Source: Candidatus Omnitrophota bacterium
GTDB lineage: Bacteria; Omnitrophota; Gorgyraeia; JABMRN01; RBG-13-46-9
Reading direction: 5' to 3'
NCBI GenBank assembly: GCA_013203315.1
Contig: JABMQJ010000020.1
Location: 1-64,000 of the forward strand
DNA length: 64,000 nt
Part shown: positions 35,553-45,178 of the stretch, in pieces
Position numbering within the stretch: the first letter of the stretch is position 1
Layout of the letters: the number at the start of each line of letters is the position of its first letter
Program-made: the position numbers and the translations under genes
The notes under the pieces: generated by a model
Told to the model about the DNA's origin: nothing
What the model saw: only the letters and a program-made list of their open reading frames with translations
The model's database searches: none

Positions 35553-37005
35553 CCACCACTCTCAAGTTTAAATTTGAAAGTTTAGAAAAAATAATTTTTT
35601 TCAGTATAGAAAAATCTTCTTTGGATATTAACGAAAATAAAAAAGATAACGCAATGAATGGAATTACAAAAATAAGTTTGGCCCATACCTGCTGTGGTTT
35701 AAAGATAAGAAATAAACCAAACGAGATAATAAATGGAAATAATGGTTTTATAAGAATTGTTTTTTTAATACCTATTTTATATTTCTCTAATAATCCAGCC
35801 GCCATAATCAGGTGTAAGGCATGTAAAACGAGAAGTGCATATACAGCCCCGATAAGTCCCATGCGGGGAACCAATATAAGGCTTACGCCTATGCCAACTA
35901 TGACTTGTATTATATGCAATAACATGGCCACAAAAGAAAAGCCTCCTCCGAGTAACACAAGCCAGAGACTATAACCCAGCAAATAAAAATATGACACAAT
36001 CATTAGGTAGAAAAATATTTGTGAAACATGCCCATATTGTGATGAAAAAAGAACGGTTATAATTTCCTTATGAAACATGCCTGCCAAAAAAGCGAAAAAG
36101 GCCACGATTAAACCCAATACCCTTAATGCATGATACACAAGATTCTTGATTTCGACCGATTTACCCTTTGAAAATAACTCGGCGATTTGTGGGAAAAATA
36201 CAGAACGAAACGCTCCGAATACGCGCTGTAAATGCTCGGGAATTCTGCTTGCGACTTCAAAAAGCGCCAAAGAAGCAGGCCCAAGAAAGCCCGCAATTAT
36301 CAGGGCGTATATTCTTCCGCTGAAAAACCCTAAAATACTTTCTATTCCTATAGGCCAACCGAATTTTATTATTTTCTTAAAATGAGAAGTTTTAAGTTGC
36401 CCCCGAGAAATACCGCGAGGGAATAGAAGTATGCAACCAATTAAAAGAGAAAACGCAAAAGCATACAATGCGCCAATGATGTCCATTTTAAAAATTATAA
36501 GGAAGACTATCACCAGTAACATTCTTGATAACGCGATTGAAATATCGGCAAACGCTATTTGTTTATATCGATAAAACCCCTGAAGCACATGATTGAATAG
36601 AAATTCAAAACTTTGAGCTAAGTAACATATTATAATAAATGGAAAAAAACGCAGGAGCAATTCAGATTTAAAAATAGTGTAAATAAGAGGCCTAACCGCA
36701 TATAATATAGGAATCGTTATAACGGTAATGCCTATTTTTATAACTAAGAGTGATTTGGTCCAATTCTTTTTTTCATCGCCTTCTGCTGAAACAATAAATT
36801 TGCTGGCTGAAAAATTAAGTCCGAGATCACTCATGACAACAAAAAATCCGACAATAACCTGTATCAAAAGATAAATCCCAAATCGTTCTATGGGAATATT
36901 GCGCGCGATAATCATAAAGGTCGCTAGTCCCAGGAGCAATCTTATTCCGGTTGAAGTAAGCATTAATGACATATTTCCTAAAAATCTATCCCTTATATTT
37001 TTCAT
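35542..37005 (-). CDS. wzx: Oligosaccharide flippase (Wzx)
   Basis: Polytopic membrane protein, SDLGL motif, located in a polysaccharide cluster. Confidence 0.8.
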   Translation of the reverse strand: MKNIRDRFLGNMSLMLTSTGIRLLLGLATFMIIARNIPIERFGIYLLIQVIVGFFVVMSDLGLNFSASKFIVSAEGDEKKNWTKSLLVIKIGITVITIPILYAVRPLIYTIFKSELLLRFFPFIIICYLAQSFEFLFNHVLQGFYRYKQIAFADISIALSRMLLVIVFLIIFKMDIIGALYAFAFSLLIGCILLFPRGISRGQLKTSHFKKIIKFGWPIGIESILGFFSGRIYALIIAGFLGPASLALFEVASRIPEHLQRVFGAFRSVFFPQIAELFSKGKSVEIKNLVYHALRVLGLIVAFFAFLAGMFHKEIITVLFSSQYGHVSQIFFYLMIVSYFYLLGYSLWLVLLGGGFSFVAMLLHIIQVIVGIGVSLILVPRMGLIGAVYALLVLHALHLIMAAGLLEKYKIGIKKTILIKPLFPFIISFGLFLIFKPQQVWAKLIFVIPFIALSFLFSLISKEDFSILKKIIFSKLSNLNLRVVDDV

Positions 37006-37017
37006 ATTTTCCTAAGA

Positions 37018-37746
37018 TTAAGTTTTTCCAAAAAAACGGTTATAATGAATTTTGTAAATAAACCGGGCTATGGTATCGTCTTTTTCTACTTCTATTCGCT
37101 TAAGTAAAAAGAGATCCGTTGTCTTGTCATTTTTACCCGGCATGCTCGTGCAAGCACATGTATAACCTGCTTCTTTCACCAGGTATTTTAAATGTTCGTT
37201 AAACTTCGAGCATGGATAGCAGAAAAAATGCTCTCTTTGGTTCAGCGCAGATTCCAGTGTCTGCTTGGATCTTTCAAGCTCATCCATTATGTCCGGGTCA
37301 GAAAGAGACGGTAATTCAACATGATTAACGGTGTGAGAATGAAAAGAAAATCCATGCACGGAAAGAAATCGAATTTCATCCCAAGACATAATGTTTATAT
37401 CGTCTTTCGCCCCTTCGTCCCAATCATTAACACTGCCTATTTTGCCTGTAGGTATAAATATCGTGGCCTTAAAACCATAGGACTTTAATATGTCTTTCGC
37501 GGAATTTAAAAAGCTTCTGTAGCCATCATCAAAAGTCAAAATGACGGACTTGCTTGGAATATTTTTTTTCGCTTTTAAAATTTCCGCAAGTTCGCCCAGC
37601 TGGAATACAGAATATTTGTTTTTATACAGATATTCCATTTGCCTCGCGAAATCCTGAGGACTTACATAAAAACGTTTTAGCTTGTTTTTCATGGAAGTCT
37701 TAGCTATATGATGATAGCATAAAATTAGACAACCTCGTCTTAACAC
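37018..37746 (-). CDS. Polysaccharide deacetylase (CE4, IcaB-like)
   Basis: ILCYHHI, LTFDDGY, SHTVNH and FCYP motifs. Confidence 0.9.
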   Translation of the reverse strand: MLRRGCLILCYHHIAKTSMKNKLKRFYVSPQDFARQMEYLYKNKYSVFQLGELAEILKAKKNIPSKSVILTFDDGYRSFLNSAKDILKSYGFKATIFIPTGKIGSVNDWDEGAKDDINIMSWDEIRFLSVHGFSFHSHTVNHVELPSLSDPDIMDELERSKQTLESALNQREHFFCYPCSKFNEHLKYLVKEAGYTCACTSMPGKNDKTTDLFLLKRIEVEKDDTIARFIYKIHYNRFFGKT

Positions 37747-38804
37747 GGATATTCCTTTTGCATGAAAAAATAAGGTTCGGTTATTTTTTCGCCTTTTATG
37801 GGTTTGAATTCATCTCCGCCATACAGAGCGGCATATCTTCGCCACGGGCCGTCGCATATGAAATAGTAGCGGCATTTCTTGCATTCCGGAAACATTGTGC
37901 TGTACCTTCCGCATATCGCTTTAATTTGCATCCTGTGTAAAAATTCAGACACCGGAAATAGCTTCAGACTATGGATAGATACTCGCCGCATTCCTCTCAG
38001 AATGATGAAACCTATCGTGCTAAACAGGCCATTTTGAATAACCGCTCGCTTTAGATAATCCCATTCCTCCGGATCGTACTGAATCTGATGCATATTATGA
38101 ATATATCGCTCGTAACCCTCCATAAGGCAGAAAGGTATATACATCACATTTACCTTGATTCTATCTTTCAAAATATCGACCGCTTCCTTCACGTAGGGAG
38201 CCGCCTTTTTCAGCATGGGCGCAAGGTCTTTATTGTATATTTCGTGACAGACGCAGGGGTTTAAATTAATAAGACTCACTACTTCCGGGCCAATTCCTCT
38301 TATGAGGCGGGCGATATCTGGCAGGCGCTGATAGTTAAATTGCGTAATGACAGAATTTATCCTAATCCTTACTCCCAAAATCCCTGCGTTTTCGATAGCC
38401 TTTAAACATTTTTCAAAACTTCCCTTCGCACCCACGATATAATCGTGAGATTCGGCATTGTCTCCATGAATAGAAAACAGAATATCACTTACACCAGCTT
38501 CTTTTAATGCCTTAAAGAACTTGATATCCGCAAGGAGTATACCGTTTGTAATAAGGCATACTTTTTTAAAACCGAGCGAAAGCGCGTAGGCAACGATTGA
38601 AATGAGATCTTTATTCATTGTAGGTTCACCGCCTGTAAAGTCGATTCCTTCTATCCCGAGTCTTCTGGAAGCGCGCAATTGTTTTTTAATTAAATTTAAA
38701 TTAAAAAAATTCGATTTTAGAAATGGGCGGTAATAGCAAAATTTACACGCTGCGTTACACCTGTAGCCCAAATTAATGTCAACCTTTTTATTCAGTTGCA
38801 TCAT
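37740..38804 (-). CDS. Radical SAM protein (HxsC-like pattern)
   Basis: CNAACKFC, FTGGEPT, YIPFC; C-terminal CKKCRYYFICDG. Confidence 0.8.
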   Translation of the reverse strand: MMQLNKKVDINLGYRCNAACKFCYYRPFLKSNFFNLNLIKKQLRASRRLGIEGIDFTGGEPTMNKDLISIVAYALSLGFKKVCLITNGILLADIKFFKALKEAGVSDILFSIHGDNAESHDYIVGAKGSFEKCLKAIENAGILGVRIRINSVITQFNYQRLPDIARLIRGIGPEVVSLINLNPCVCHEIYNKDLAPMLKKAAPYVKEAVDILKDRIKVNVMYIPFCLMEGYERYIHNMHQIQYDPEEWDYLKRAVIQNGLFSTIGFIILRGMRRVSIHSLKLFPVSEFLHRMQIKAICGRYSTMFPECKKCRYYFICDGPWRRYAALYGGDEFKPIKGEKITEPYFFMQKEYPC

Positions 38805-39688
38805 TTTATAAACCTTTCGTAAATCATTCCGGCATTAACAAATAATTTCATTATGAAGGAAAAGCATATTATAATCAGCGGATTTTCTTTTTTCCTGAAC
38901 CTAAATACATCCCTAACGGGGCCCGCGAACGTAGAAAATATTATGTAAGGGACTGATCGCTGAGCTTTAAATACATAAGCCCTGGGCATGCCGGAAAAAC
39001 GAAGTGTGCCGGCATACATACCCCGTCCGTACTCGAATAACCTCTTCAGTAATCCTAAGGTTGTATTTCTGCCATAATGTTTTACTGAAATCTCGGGATA
39101 ATATATATTCTTGTAACCTGCCATTAATATCTTAAGGCCGATACTTACATCTTCAAATGATCTATAATGTGTATCTTCAAAAAGACCGATATTTTCTAGA
39201 ATTTTTTTGCGATAGCATGCGTTGGTTGTGCGGAAATAATAACAAAAAGGAGAGTTTAATTTATCATAATACTCATCAGCTAAAAACCTGACCCGTTCGA
39301 TATTGCGTATCATTTTGCAGTTACCTACTTCAAAAGTATTACCCCCCACACTGCCTATATTTTCATCCTGGTTAAAGGCTCTAATAAAAACCTCTACCCA
39401 ATGGGTGCACACTTCACAGTCATCATCTGTGAATGCGACGAGATCGTGTGAACTTGCCTTTACTCCGGCATTTCGGTTATCCGCCAGACTCACATTGGCT
39501 GTCTTTACCACCTTGATCACTGATTTCCGCTTAATATACCTTTTTACAAGCGCATCGACATCCTCTTCTCCGCTATTCACAATAATAACCTCATCGGGCA
39601 ATCGGGTCTGATTCAGGAATAATGAATCCAAGCACTTTCTCAAGAGCTTATTCCTGTTATAAGTCAAAATAACAACTGAGATTTTCAT
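38801..39688 (-). CDS. GT2 glycosyltransferase
   Basis: ISVVILTYNR, AFTDDD, ED; ATGA overlap with the upstream gene places the start at 39688. Confidence 0.88.
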   Translation of the reverse strand: MKISVVILTYNRNKLLRKCLDSLFLNQTRLPDEVIIVNSGEEDVDALVKRYIKRKSVIKVVKTANVSLADNRNAGVKASSHDLVAFTDDDCEVCTHWVEVFIRAFNQDENIGSVGGNTFEVGNCKMIRNIERVRFLADEYYDKLNSPFCYYFRTTNACYRKKILENIGLFEDTHYRSFEDVSIGLKILMAGYKNIYYPEISVKHYGRNTTLGLLKRLFEYGRGMYAGTLRFSGMPRAYVFKAQRSVPYIIFSTFAGPVRDVFRFRKKENPLIIICFSFIMKLFVNAGMIYERFIK

Positions 39689-41130
39689 GTGAGCCACCCC
39701 GAAAACCTGCTTGTCCGACCGAGGTTTACGATTAAACCGCAACAGAACCAAAGCATGAGTAGGCGTCCTAAGGAAATGGACTCAACCAAACCATGAACAG
39801 AGAAGGCGAATAGCCCGCTCACAAGCCCCATTGTTACAACGGACGCGATCCCCTCGGATTTCTTTATTAAGGACGACCATCCTTTCTTTAAAACGGAAAA
39901 AATAAATAATAGAAAAGCCCCAAGCGCGAAAATTCCCATTTCAGCGGCGATAAGCAGATAAAGATTGTGCACCTGGTAAAAGAAAAAAGACGTTATTCCA
40001 CTTACCGAAACATCGTACAGATACATAACAAGTATATAATTACCGGCTCCGATACCTAAAAGCGGGTGTGAGAACACGATATTCAAAGCGATTTGCATCA
40101 GAGGCACGCGCATCGCCAGCGAACCGTAATCATAACTCGTAAAACGGGATAAAATCATATCGGCCATGAAAAATAGAGTTATCAAGGAAAGCGTGATTAT
40201 AAAAAATGATCTTATGAGCATTTTCATACTAAACCGCGCCTTTAATAGATTCAGGAAGAGGAGAGCCCCCATTCCCGTAAAGAAACTGATCAATCCTCCT
40301 CTTGAGAATGTGAGATTGCAAACAAAAAAGCAAAAGACAAAAATTGTGAAAATTACGATTTTATATAAAATTTTCATTCGAAAAAGTAAAAGCGCCGCTA
40401 AAAGTGGCAGGACAAAATCCATATACATAAACCATAGCATGTTCGGCGAAGGAAGGGTACCGGTAATTCTAAACACTGATTGGATTCTCAATCTCTGGAC
40501 ATCGATCTTCAGCGGTTCCCCTAACCACTCCAACCCCAAGGGGCTCCCGGTATGCCACTGTATAAAAGCAATAATACTCTGAATTAAGGCCCCTGCTATT
40601 AAAATAAAGAGAATTGTCTTTAAGGTTTGTTTTTTTATCGGATAGTGCGCGATATAAAAAAATATAAGAAATCCTCTAAGAAGAATTAACGATTGGTAAA
40701 TACATTGTTTCTTATCTACGGCGTTAAGGCATGAGACGAAAGAAAGCAATACCAGAAAAAACAGAAAAAGCGACGCGCTTTTGCTAACGGTAACCTTCTC
40801 GGTAACACGCCTTCCAAGTATTTCTGCGACCCATAAAATATATAAACTTAAAATAACAAAATCAATTATACGTATCCCTATCCATAAACTCGGTTCGTCG
40901 GGATAAATATAAAATTTGCCCAGATGAAACGGGATGATGAATACCAATAAATAAAGAAGCCCTTCTCGAATGCCTACTGTAAGGAGCGAGACGAAAATAA
41001 ATATTAATCCTGCGACTAAAATTAACCAGTAAAGCGGCTGTATGGGAAGTAAAAGTATAACGGAAGAAAAGATAACGAGAATAAAGGTAATAATAATGAA
41101 AGGAAAATTTTTGAATTCATGCGTTATCAT
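39685..41130 (-). CDS. Wzy polymerase / O-antigen ligase family protein
   Basis: RITGTLPSPN, TFSRGG, HPLLGIGAGNY and VHNLYLLIAAEMG motifs. Confidence 0.85.
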   Translation of the reverse strand: MITHEFKNFPFIIITFILVIFSSVILLLPIQPLYWLILVAGLIFIFVSLLTVGIREGLLYLLVFIIPFHLGKFYIYPDEPSLWIGIRIIDFVILSLYILWVAEILGRRVTEKVTVSKSASLFLFFLVLLSFVSCLNAVDKKQCIYQSLILLRGFLIFFYIAHYPIKKQTLKTILFILIAGALIQSIIAFIQWHTGSPLGLEWLGEPLKIDVQRLRIQSVFRITGTLPSPNMLWFMYMDFVLPLLAALLLFRMKILYKIVIFTIFVFCFFVCNLTFSRGGLISFFTGMGALLFLNLLKARFSMKMLIRSFFIITLSLITLFFMADMILSRFTSYDYGSLAMRVPLMQIALNIVFSHPLLGIGAGNYILVMYLYDVSVSGITSFFFYQVHNLYLLIAAEMGIFALGAFLLFIFSVLKKGWSSLIKKSEGIASVVTMGLVSGLFAFSVHGLVESISLGRLLMLWFCCGLIVNLGRTSRFSGWLT

Positions 41131-41165
41131 ATATCAGCAAGTAGCATTTTTTAAACGTCTTCATC

Positions 41166-42935
41166 TTATAGCCGTTTATAAAGAAATCCCGGCACTTCGT
41201 ATCTTTGACAGTTGAGCATAATTCCCAAGCTTTTAGGCCCGACCGGAACCAATCTCTCCAATGCCATTTTTGCCACTTCCCTCCTTGTCGAACCAGCTTT
41301 AATTACAAATAGCGCATAATCAAAAGAAGATGAGATGGCCAAGGTAGCGCTATTAAGCCCGCAGCTGGACGAATCGAAAATAATATAATCAAATTTGTTT
41401 TTGAGGTTTATAATAAAATCTTTCAATCGTTCGAAATCCAAAGGTTTATTCAAAGAATTCTCTACGCCGCTGGGAATAAAAAACAAATTATTTAAACGGG
41501 TAGTCAGGATAATATTCCGGACGCTATCTTCTTTATCCGCAAAATTGATAAGTCCGGGTTCATGGCTTGTCTCGAATAATTTATGTAAGCATGGGTGCAC
41601 GGTATCCGCATCCACCAAAAGAATCTTTTTATCCACATTTTTGCTGAGTGTCAAGGCAAGATTCAAGGCAGTTACGGTCTTACCTTCTCCTCTGGAAGAA
41701 CTGGTTACCAGCAGGGCTTTAACCGGAGATGCTGAAAATACTTTAATTGCGTTTAACAATTCCTGATATGATTCAAAAACTACTCCTTCGGGTTTAGTAA
41801 ATAACGTATCAACATTCGGCAAAGACCCGATTGATCCCACAATGCTATAGCCGAGATATTTCTTTATATCTTCACGCGTATACAAACGATGATCCATATA
41901 ATTGGCCCAAAACACCATCCCCATGCCGCCAAAAACTCCTAAGAAAATTGCTGCTAAAATATTTATGCGTTTCTTTGGCCAAACCGGTTTGATTGGTACG
42001 GTAGCCGGCTCGATGATCTCAATATTGCGGACCTGTCCGATTTTGTCTTTTTCCATTGCTACGGCGATCTGCATTTCCTCCCGTTTTTTAAGAAGCATTA
42101 AATAAATTTCTTTTAAATTTTCCGTGGTATATTCCATACGGCGTAATTGCATTTTTTTTTGCGGAAAATCTTTAAGTTTTTCCTTAATATTTTGTATTTC
42201 TGTCCGGGCCGCATTTATATCAGGGTAGCCGGCTTTGTATTCTTCCAATAAGTACACAAGGTGTTTTTCTTCGTCAAATAATTTTTCCAGAGAAATCCTT
42301 GCCTCGTCTCTGAGAGAAACAATATCGTAATTTTCTTCGTAATCTCTTAATGCGGCCTCGGCGTTACCAAGGCTAACATTAACAACGTTTATCTGGGCAT
42401 CTATAAACTCGAGGACACTCGAAGAACGTGTTGCCTTTATTTTAAAATAAAAGTCAACGTAATTTTTGGTAACAGCGTTAACAATCTGGACCCCTAATAA
42501 CCTGTCTTGCAAATCCAGGCGAATACTTATAAAATCCGTATTTCTTACGGGAGCGATTTTAAGTTTTCTTTTGAGAAATAATACTGCTTTTTCAAATTTA
42601 TACTCGCCTTTTATGGGAAGTTTTTCGGCTAACGACAAATCTATTACTGTTTTTTCCAAAACACGGCGGGTTTTAATAAATCTGACCTGCGTGCTCATTA
42701 AAGATAATCTGTCGACAAATTCGGAAATAGGTACTTTAAGGGGGGTCAGTGGTTCTTCTTCGGCTTTTTCAACAAGAATTATTGTTTCTGCACGGTAAAA
42801 TGGCTTTAGGGCAAACGAGAGAACTGTAACAGAAATAATCAGGCCAAAAAAGAAGGTAAGAAAAATGGCTTTTCTTCGAAAAAGTATTATGCAATAATCC
42901 CGAAGCGTAGGTTGTCTACTTATATTATTTGCCAC
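41166..42935 (-). CDS. Polysaccharide co-polymerase / BY-kinase (Wzc-like)
   Basis: Two transmembrane helices, coiled coil, PxxPxxP, Walker A SSRGEGKT, LLVDAD, IIFDS. Confidence 0.88.
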   Translation of the reverse strand: MANNISRQPTLRDYCIILFRRKAIFLTFFFGLIISVTVLSFALKPFYRAETIILVEKAEEEPLTPLKVPISEFVDRLSLMSTQVRFIKTRRVLEKTVIDLSLAEKLPIKGEYKFEKAVLFLKRKLKIAPVRNTDFISIRLDLQDRLLGVQIVNAVTKNYVDFYFKIKATRSSSVLEFIDAQINVVNVSLGNAEAALRDYEENYDIVSLRDEARISLEKLFDEEKHLVYLLEEYKAGYPDINAARTEIQNIKEKLKDFPQKKMQLRRMEYTTENLKEIYLMLLKKREEMQIAVAMEKDKIGQVRNIEIIEPATVPIKPVWPKKRINILAAIFLGVFGGMGMVFWANYMDHRLYTREDIKKYLGYSIVGSIGSLPNVDTLFTKPEGVVFESYQELLNAIKVFSASPVKALLVTSSSRGEGKTVTALNLALTLSKNVDKKILLVDADTVHPCLHKLFETSHEPGLINFADKEDSVRNIILTTRLNNLFFIPSGVENSLNKPLDFERLKDFIINLKNKFDYIIFDSSSCGLNSATLAISSSFDYALFVIKAGSTRREVAKMALERLVPVGPKSLGIMLNCQRYEVPGFLYKRL

Positions 42936-42979
42936 TTTTTCTCCTTCTGGCGGCAGTATCGGATGTCACGGCTATTTTT

Positions 42980-43750
42980 TTAATAACTTTTAGTAAGTTG
43001 CCATTGAATTGACGGATTTATTTTACGCGTGAAAAATTCTAAGAAATCGTCCAATTTTGATATAAAACTTTTTGGAACAAATATAACGTCGTTTGGCTGA
43101 AGTAAAATATTTTCCTCCGTTTTACTCGCTTTAAGTATTTTCTTCATGTTTACGCGCATGGCCTTCGGTGTGCCATCGAGGTCACGGCGTATCAAAATAA
43201 CACTATCTAATACAGCAGAATTCTTCGTATAAGCTGCCATGGCAATGGCTTCAACGATAGTAAGGCGGCCCGTTAGAGGGTACATCCCCGGTTTTCCCAC
43301 TTCGCCGAGGACGCATATTTTTTTACTCGAGAAATTTCTTACAATAACGGTTACCCTAGGATCCTTGATAAGCTCACTTAATCCCTGGGTTACCGATTTA
43401 TCCAGTTCTTTCGGCGTAAGGCCGCTTACTTCTATGTCATCAAGAATTGGAAGAGATATTTTACCGTCCGGCCTTACCGTAACAGTTGCGGAGAGGTCCG
43501 GGTGACGCCATACAAATACTTCCAACACGTCTTCTGGTCCGATAATATAATCAAAATTTTTCATGATGGCCTCTGCGTCTCGCTCGTACGACTTCTCGGC
43601 TTCAATCGCATTTCCTCCGTCAGCAAAAAGCAGACCGGACATACTAACCGTTAAAACGAACAATATTAAAAAGTTTATGATGTTGAAATTTTTCTTCATA
43701 TGTTTATATCGGTAATATCTTGCCATTTTTGCCACCATTGTATATTGCAC
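42980..43750 (-). CDS. wza: Polysaccharide export protein (Wza/OPX)
   Basis: YIIGPEDVL, VRPDGKISLP, VLGEVGKPG, LQPNDVIFVP. The real start may be 43699. Confidence 0.88.
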   Translation of the reverse strand: MQYTMVAKMARYYRYKHMKKNFNIINFLILFVLTVSMSGLLFADGGNAIEAEKSYERDAEAIMKNFDYIIGPEDVLEVFVWRHPDLSATVTVRPDGKISLPILDDIEVSGLTPKELDKSVTQGLSELIKDPRVTVIVRNFSSKKICVLGEVGKPGMYPLTGRLTIVEAIAMAAYTKNSAVLDSVILIRRDLDGTPKAMRVNMKKILKASKTEENILLQPNDVIFVPKSFISKLDDFLEFFTRKINPSIQWQLTKSY

Positions 43751-43790
43751 ATCATATCATAAACAGGTTATAGCCCTTTGCTCTTAATAA

Positions 43791-43856
43791 AGTATACCTG
43801 CTTTTACGCTTAGTATGGTAATATTAGTAAAATAATACAGTAAAAGTAATGCAATG
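43791..43856 (-). promoter_or_regulatory. wza operon promoter: -10 plus degenerate in-phase boxes
   Basis: TATACT at 43796-43791; GGTAATA 43817, AGTAAAA 43839, TGCAATG 43850. Confidence 0.4.
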
Positions 43857-43940
43857 GTAATATTGCAAATTTCATTTATATTTTTATTCGCTGGTAAATA
43901 TGACGTATGTGGCTCTGGTAATTCTACTGGCTTGCCAGAT

Positions 43941-45167
43941 TTAGCGGCCCTTTTTAAGCTCTGCGTTCATTAGGCGCGTGGCTTCTTTGAGTGCCTTTTT
44001 TGTGTCGACTTTTGTAAGAACGACTTTTTGTATGGCCTGGTTCACAAATCTTGTGCTTGTTTCCCAAACTACAATCGGTGGCGGGCCCTTCGTGTCCAAG
44101 GCTTGCGCTTTTAATACTTTTTTAAATTTTTCGTCCATAGGCAAAACGTCCCACGTATTCATGTTGGGAGGGAGATAGGTGTCTTGTGCTTGCCACGCTT
44201 TTTCGTAAAGTGCTATCTGGGTTTTTGGCTCAAACAGGAATTTTATAAATTGCCATGCCTCATTCTTGTTACCGGATTGGGCGAAGATTCCCATTATTCT
44301 TCCGCCTATGAATCCCGTTCCTTTACCTGAGGGCCCTTTTGGCAGAGGTGCAATTGACCATTTATCTTTAATTTCCGGGGCACTTATCATAAGCTCTACT
44401 ATTTTCCAGTTTCCGGATATAGCAAGAGGGAAGTCCCCTGTTCGCATACCTTGTTCGAGCGGAATTTGCGTCTTTGGAACACCTAGTTCGCTGTAAAGTT
44501 TTGCGAAAAACTCCATACCGCGAGCGGCTTCTTCTGTATCAAGGGTGCATACCGAGAAGTCGTCATTGTAGTAATCTCCACCGGCCTGCCACAAATAAGC
44601 GGAATAACCTATCCAATTTAAAGAACCCCACTCAAATATCATGCCCTTTTGCTGCTTTTTCAATTCTTTTAAGGCTTCGGTAAGTGCAAACCATGTCTCC
44701 GGAGGATGAGGTATTATATCGTTTCTGTAATACATGATTTGTTCTGTCATATCGAATGGTATGCCGTACACTCTTCCTCTATAATCTACAGATTCCCATA
44801 TACCGGGAAAAATCTTATCTTTTATGGTGCTTACGTCTTCGGGAAACATCTCACCCAGATCAATCATAGCACCTAAAGTACCGAACTCCGTACCCCAGGT
44901 AAGACCCATTGTTCCTATATCGGGGGTAACGCCTCCAGCGATAGAAATTAGATACTTAGCGTGTGCCTCACCCCATGAAACTGCTTCACATCTTACTTTT
45001 ATTCCTGTTTTGGCCAAAAATTCTTTCGCTACCTCGTTTACACTCATGGCCTGGCTTTCGGAACCTACAAGCCACATTACAAGTTCCTTTTCCTTGATGA
45101 TTTTCGTGCCGCAACCGAAAGTAGACAAAAGCACCGCGATACATAATAGCAAAAGAATCCTTTTCAT
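43941..45167 (-). CDS. Sugar ABC transporter substrate-binding lipoprotein
   Basis: FGC lipobox; PDI, YGIPF, YYRND, WSIAPLPKG and AWQFIKFL motifs. Confidence 0.9.
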   Translation of the reverse strand: MKRILLLLCIAVLLSTFGCGTKIIKEKELVMWLVGSESQAMSVNEVAKEFLAKTGIKVRCEAVSWGEAHAKYLISIAGGVTPDIGTMGLTWGTEFGTLGAMIDLGEMFPEDVSTIKDKIFPGIWESVDYRGRVYGIPFDMTEQIMYYRNDIIPHPPETWFALTEALKELKKQQKGMIFEWGSLNWIGYSAYLWQAGGDYYNDDFSVCTLDTEEAARGMEFFAKLYSELGVPKTQIPLEQGMRTGDFPLAISGNWKIVELMISAPEIKDKWSIAPLPKGPSGKGTGFIGGRIMGIFAQSGNKNEAWQFIKFLFEPKTQIALYEKAWQAQDTYLPPNMNTWDVLPMDEKFKKVLKAQALDTKGPPPIVVWETSTRFVNQAIQKVVLTKVDTKKALKEATRLMNAELKKGR

Positions 45168-45178
45168 TTGATCCTCTT

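Noticed and set aside
31964-38804. RiPP or His-Xaa-Ser peptide maturation cluster
   Set aside because: No precursor peptide, peptidase or peptide exporter; neighbours are all polysaccharide genes
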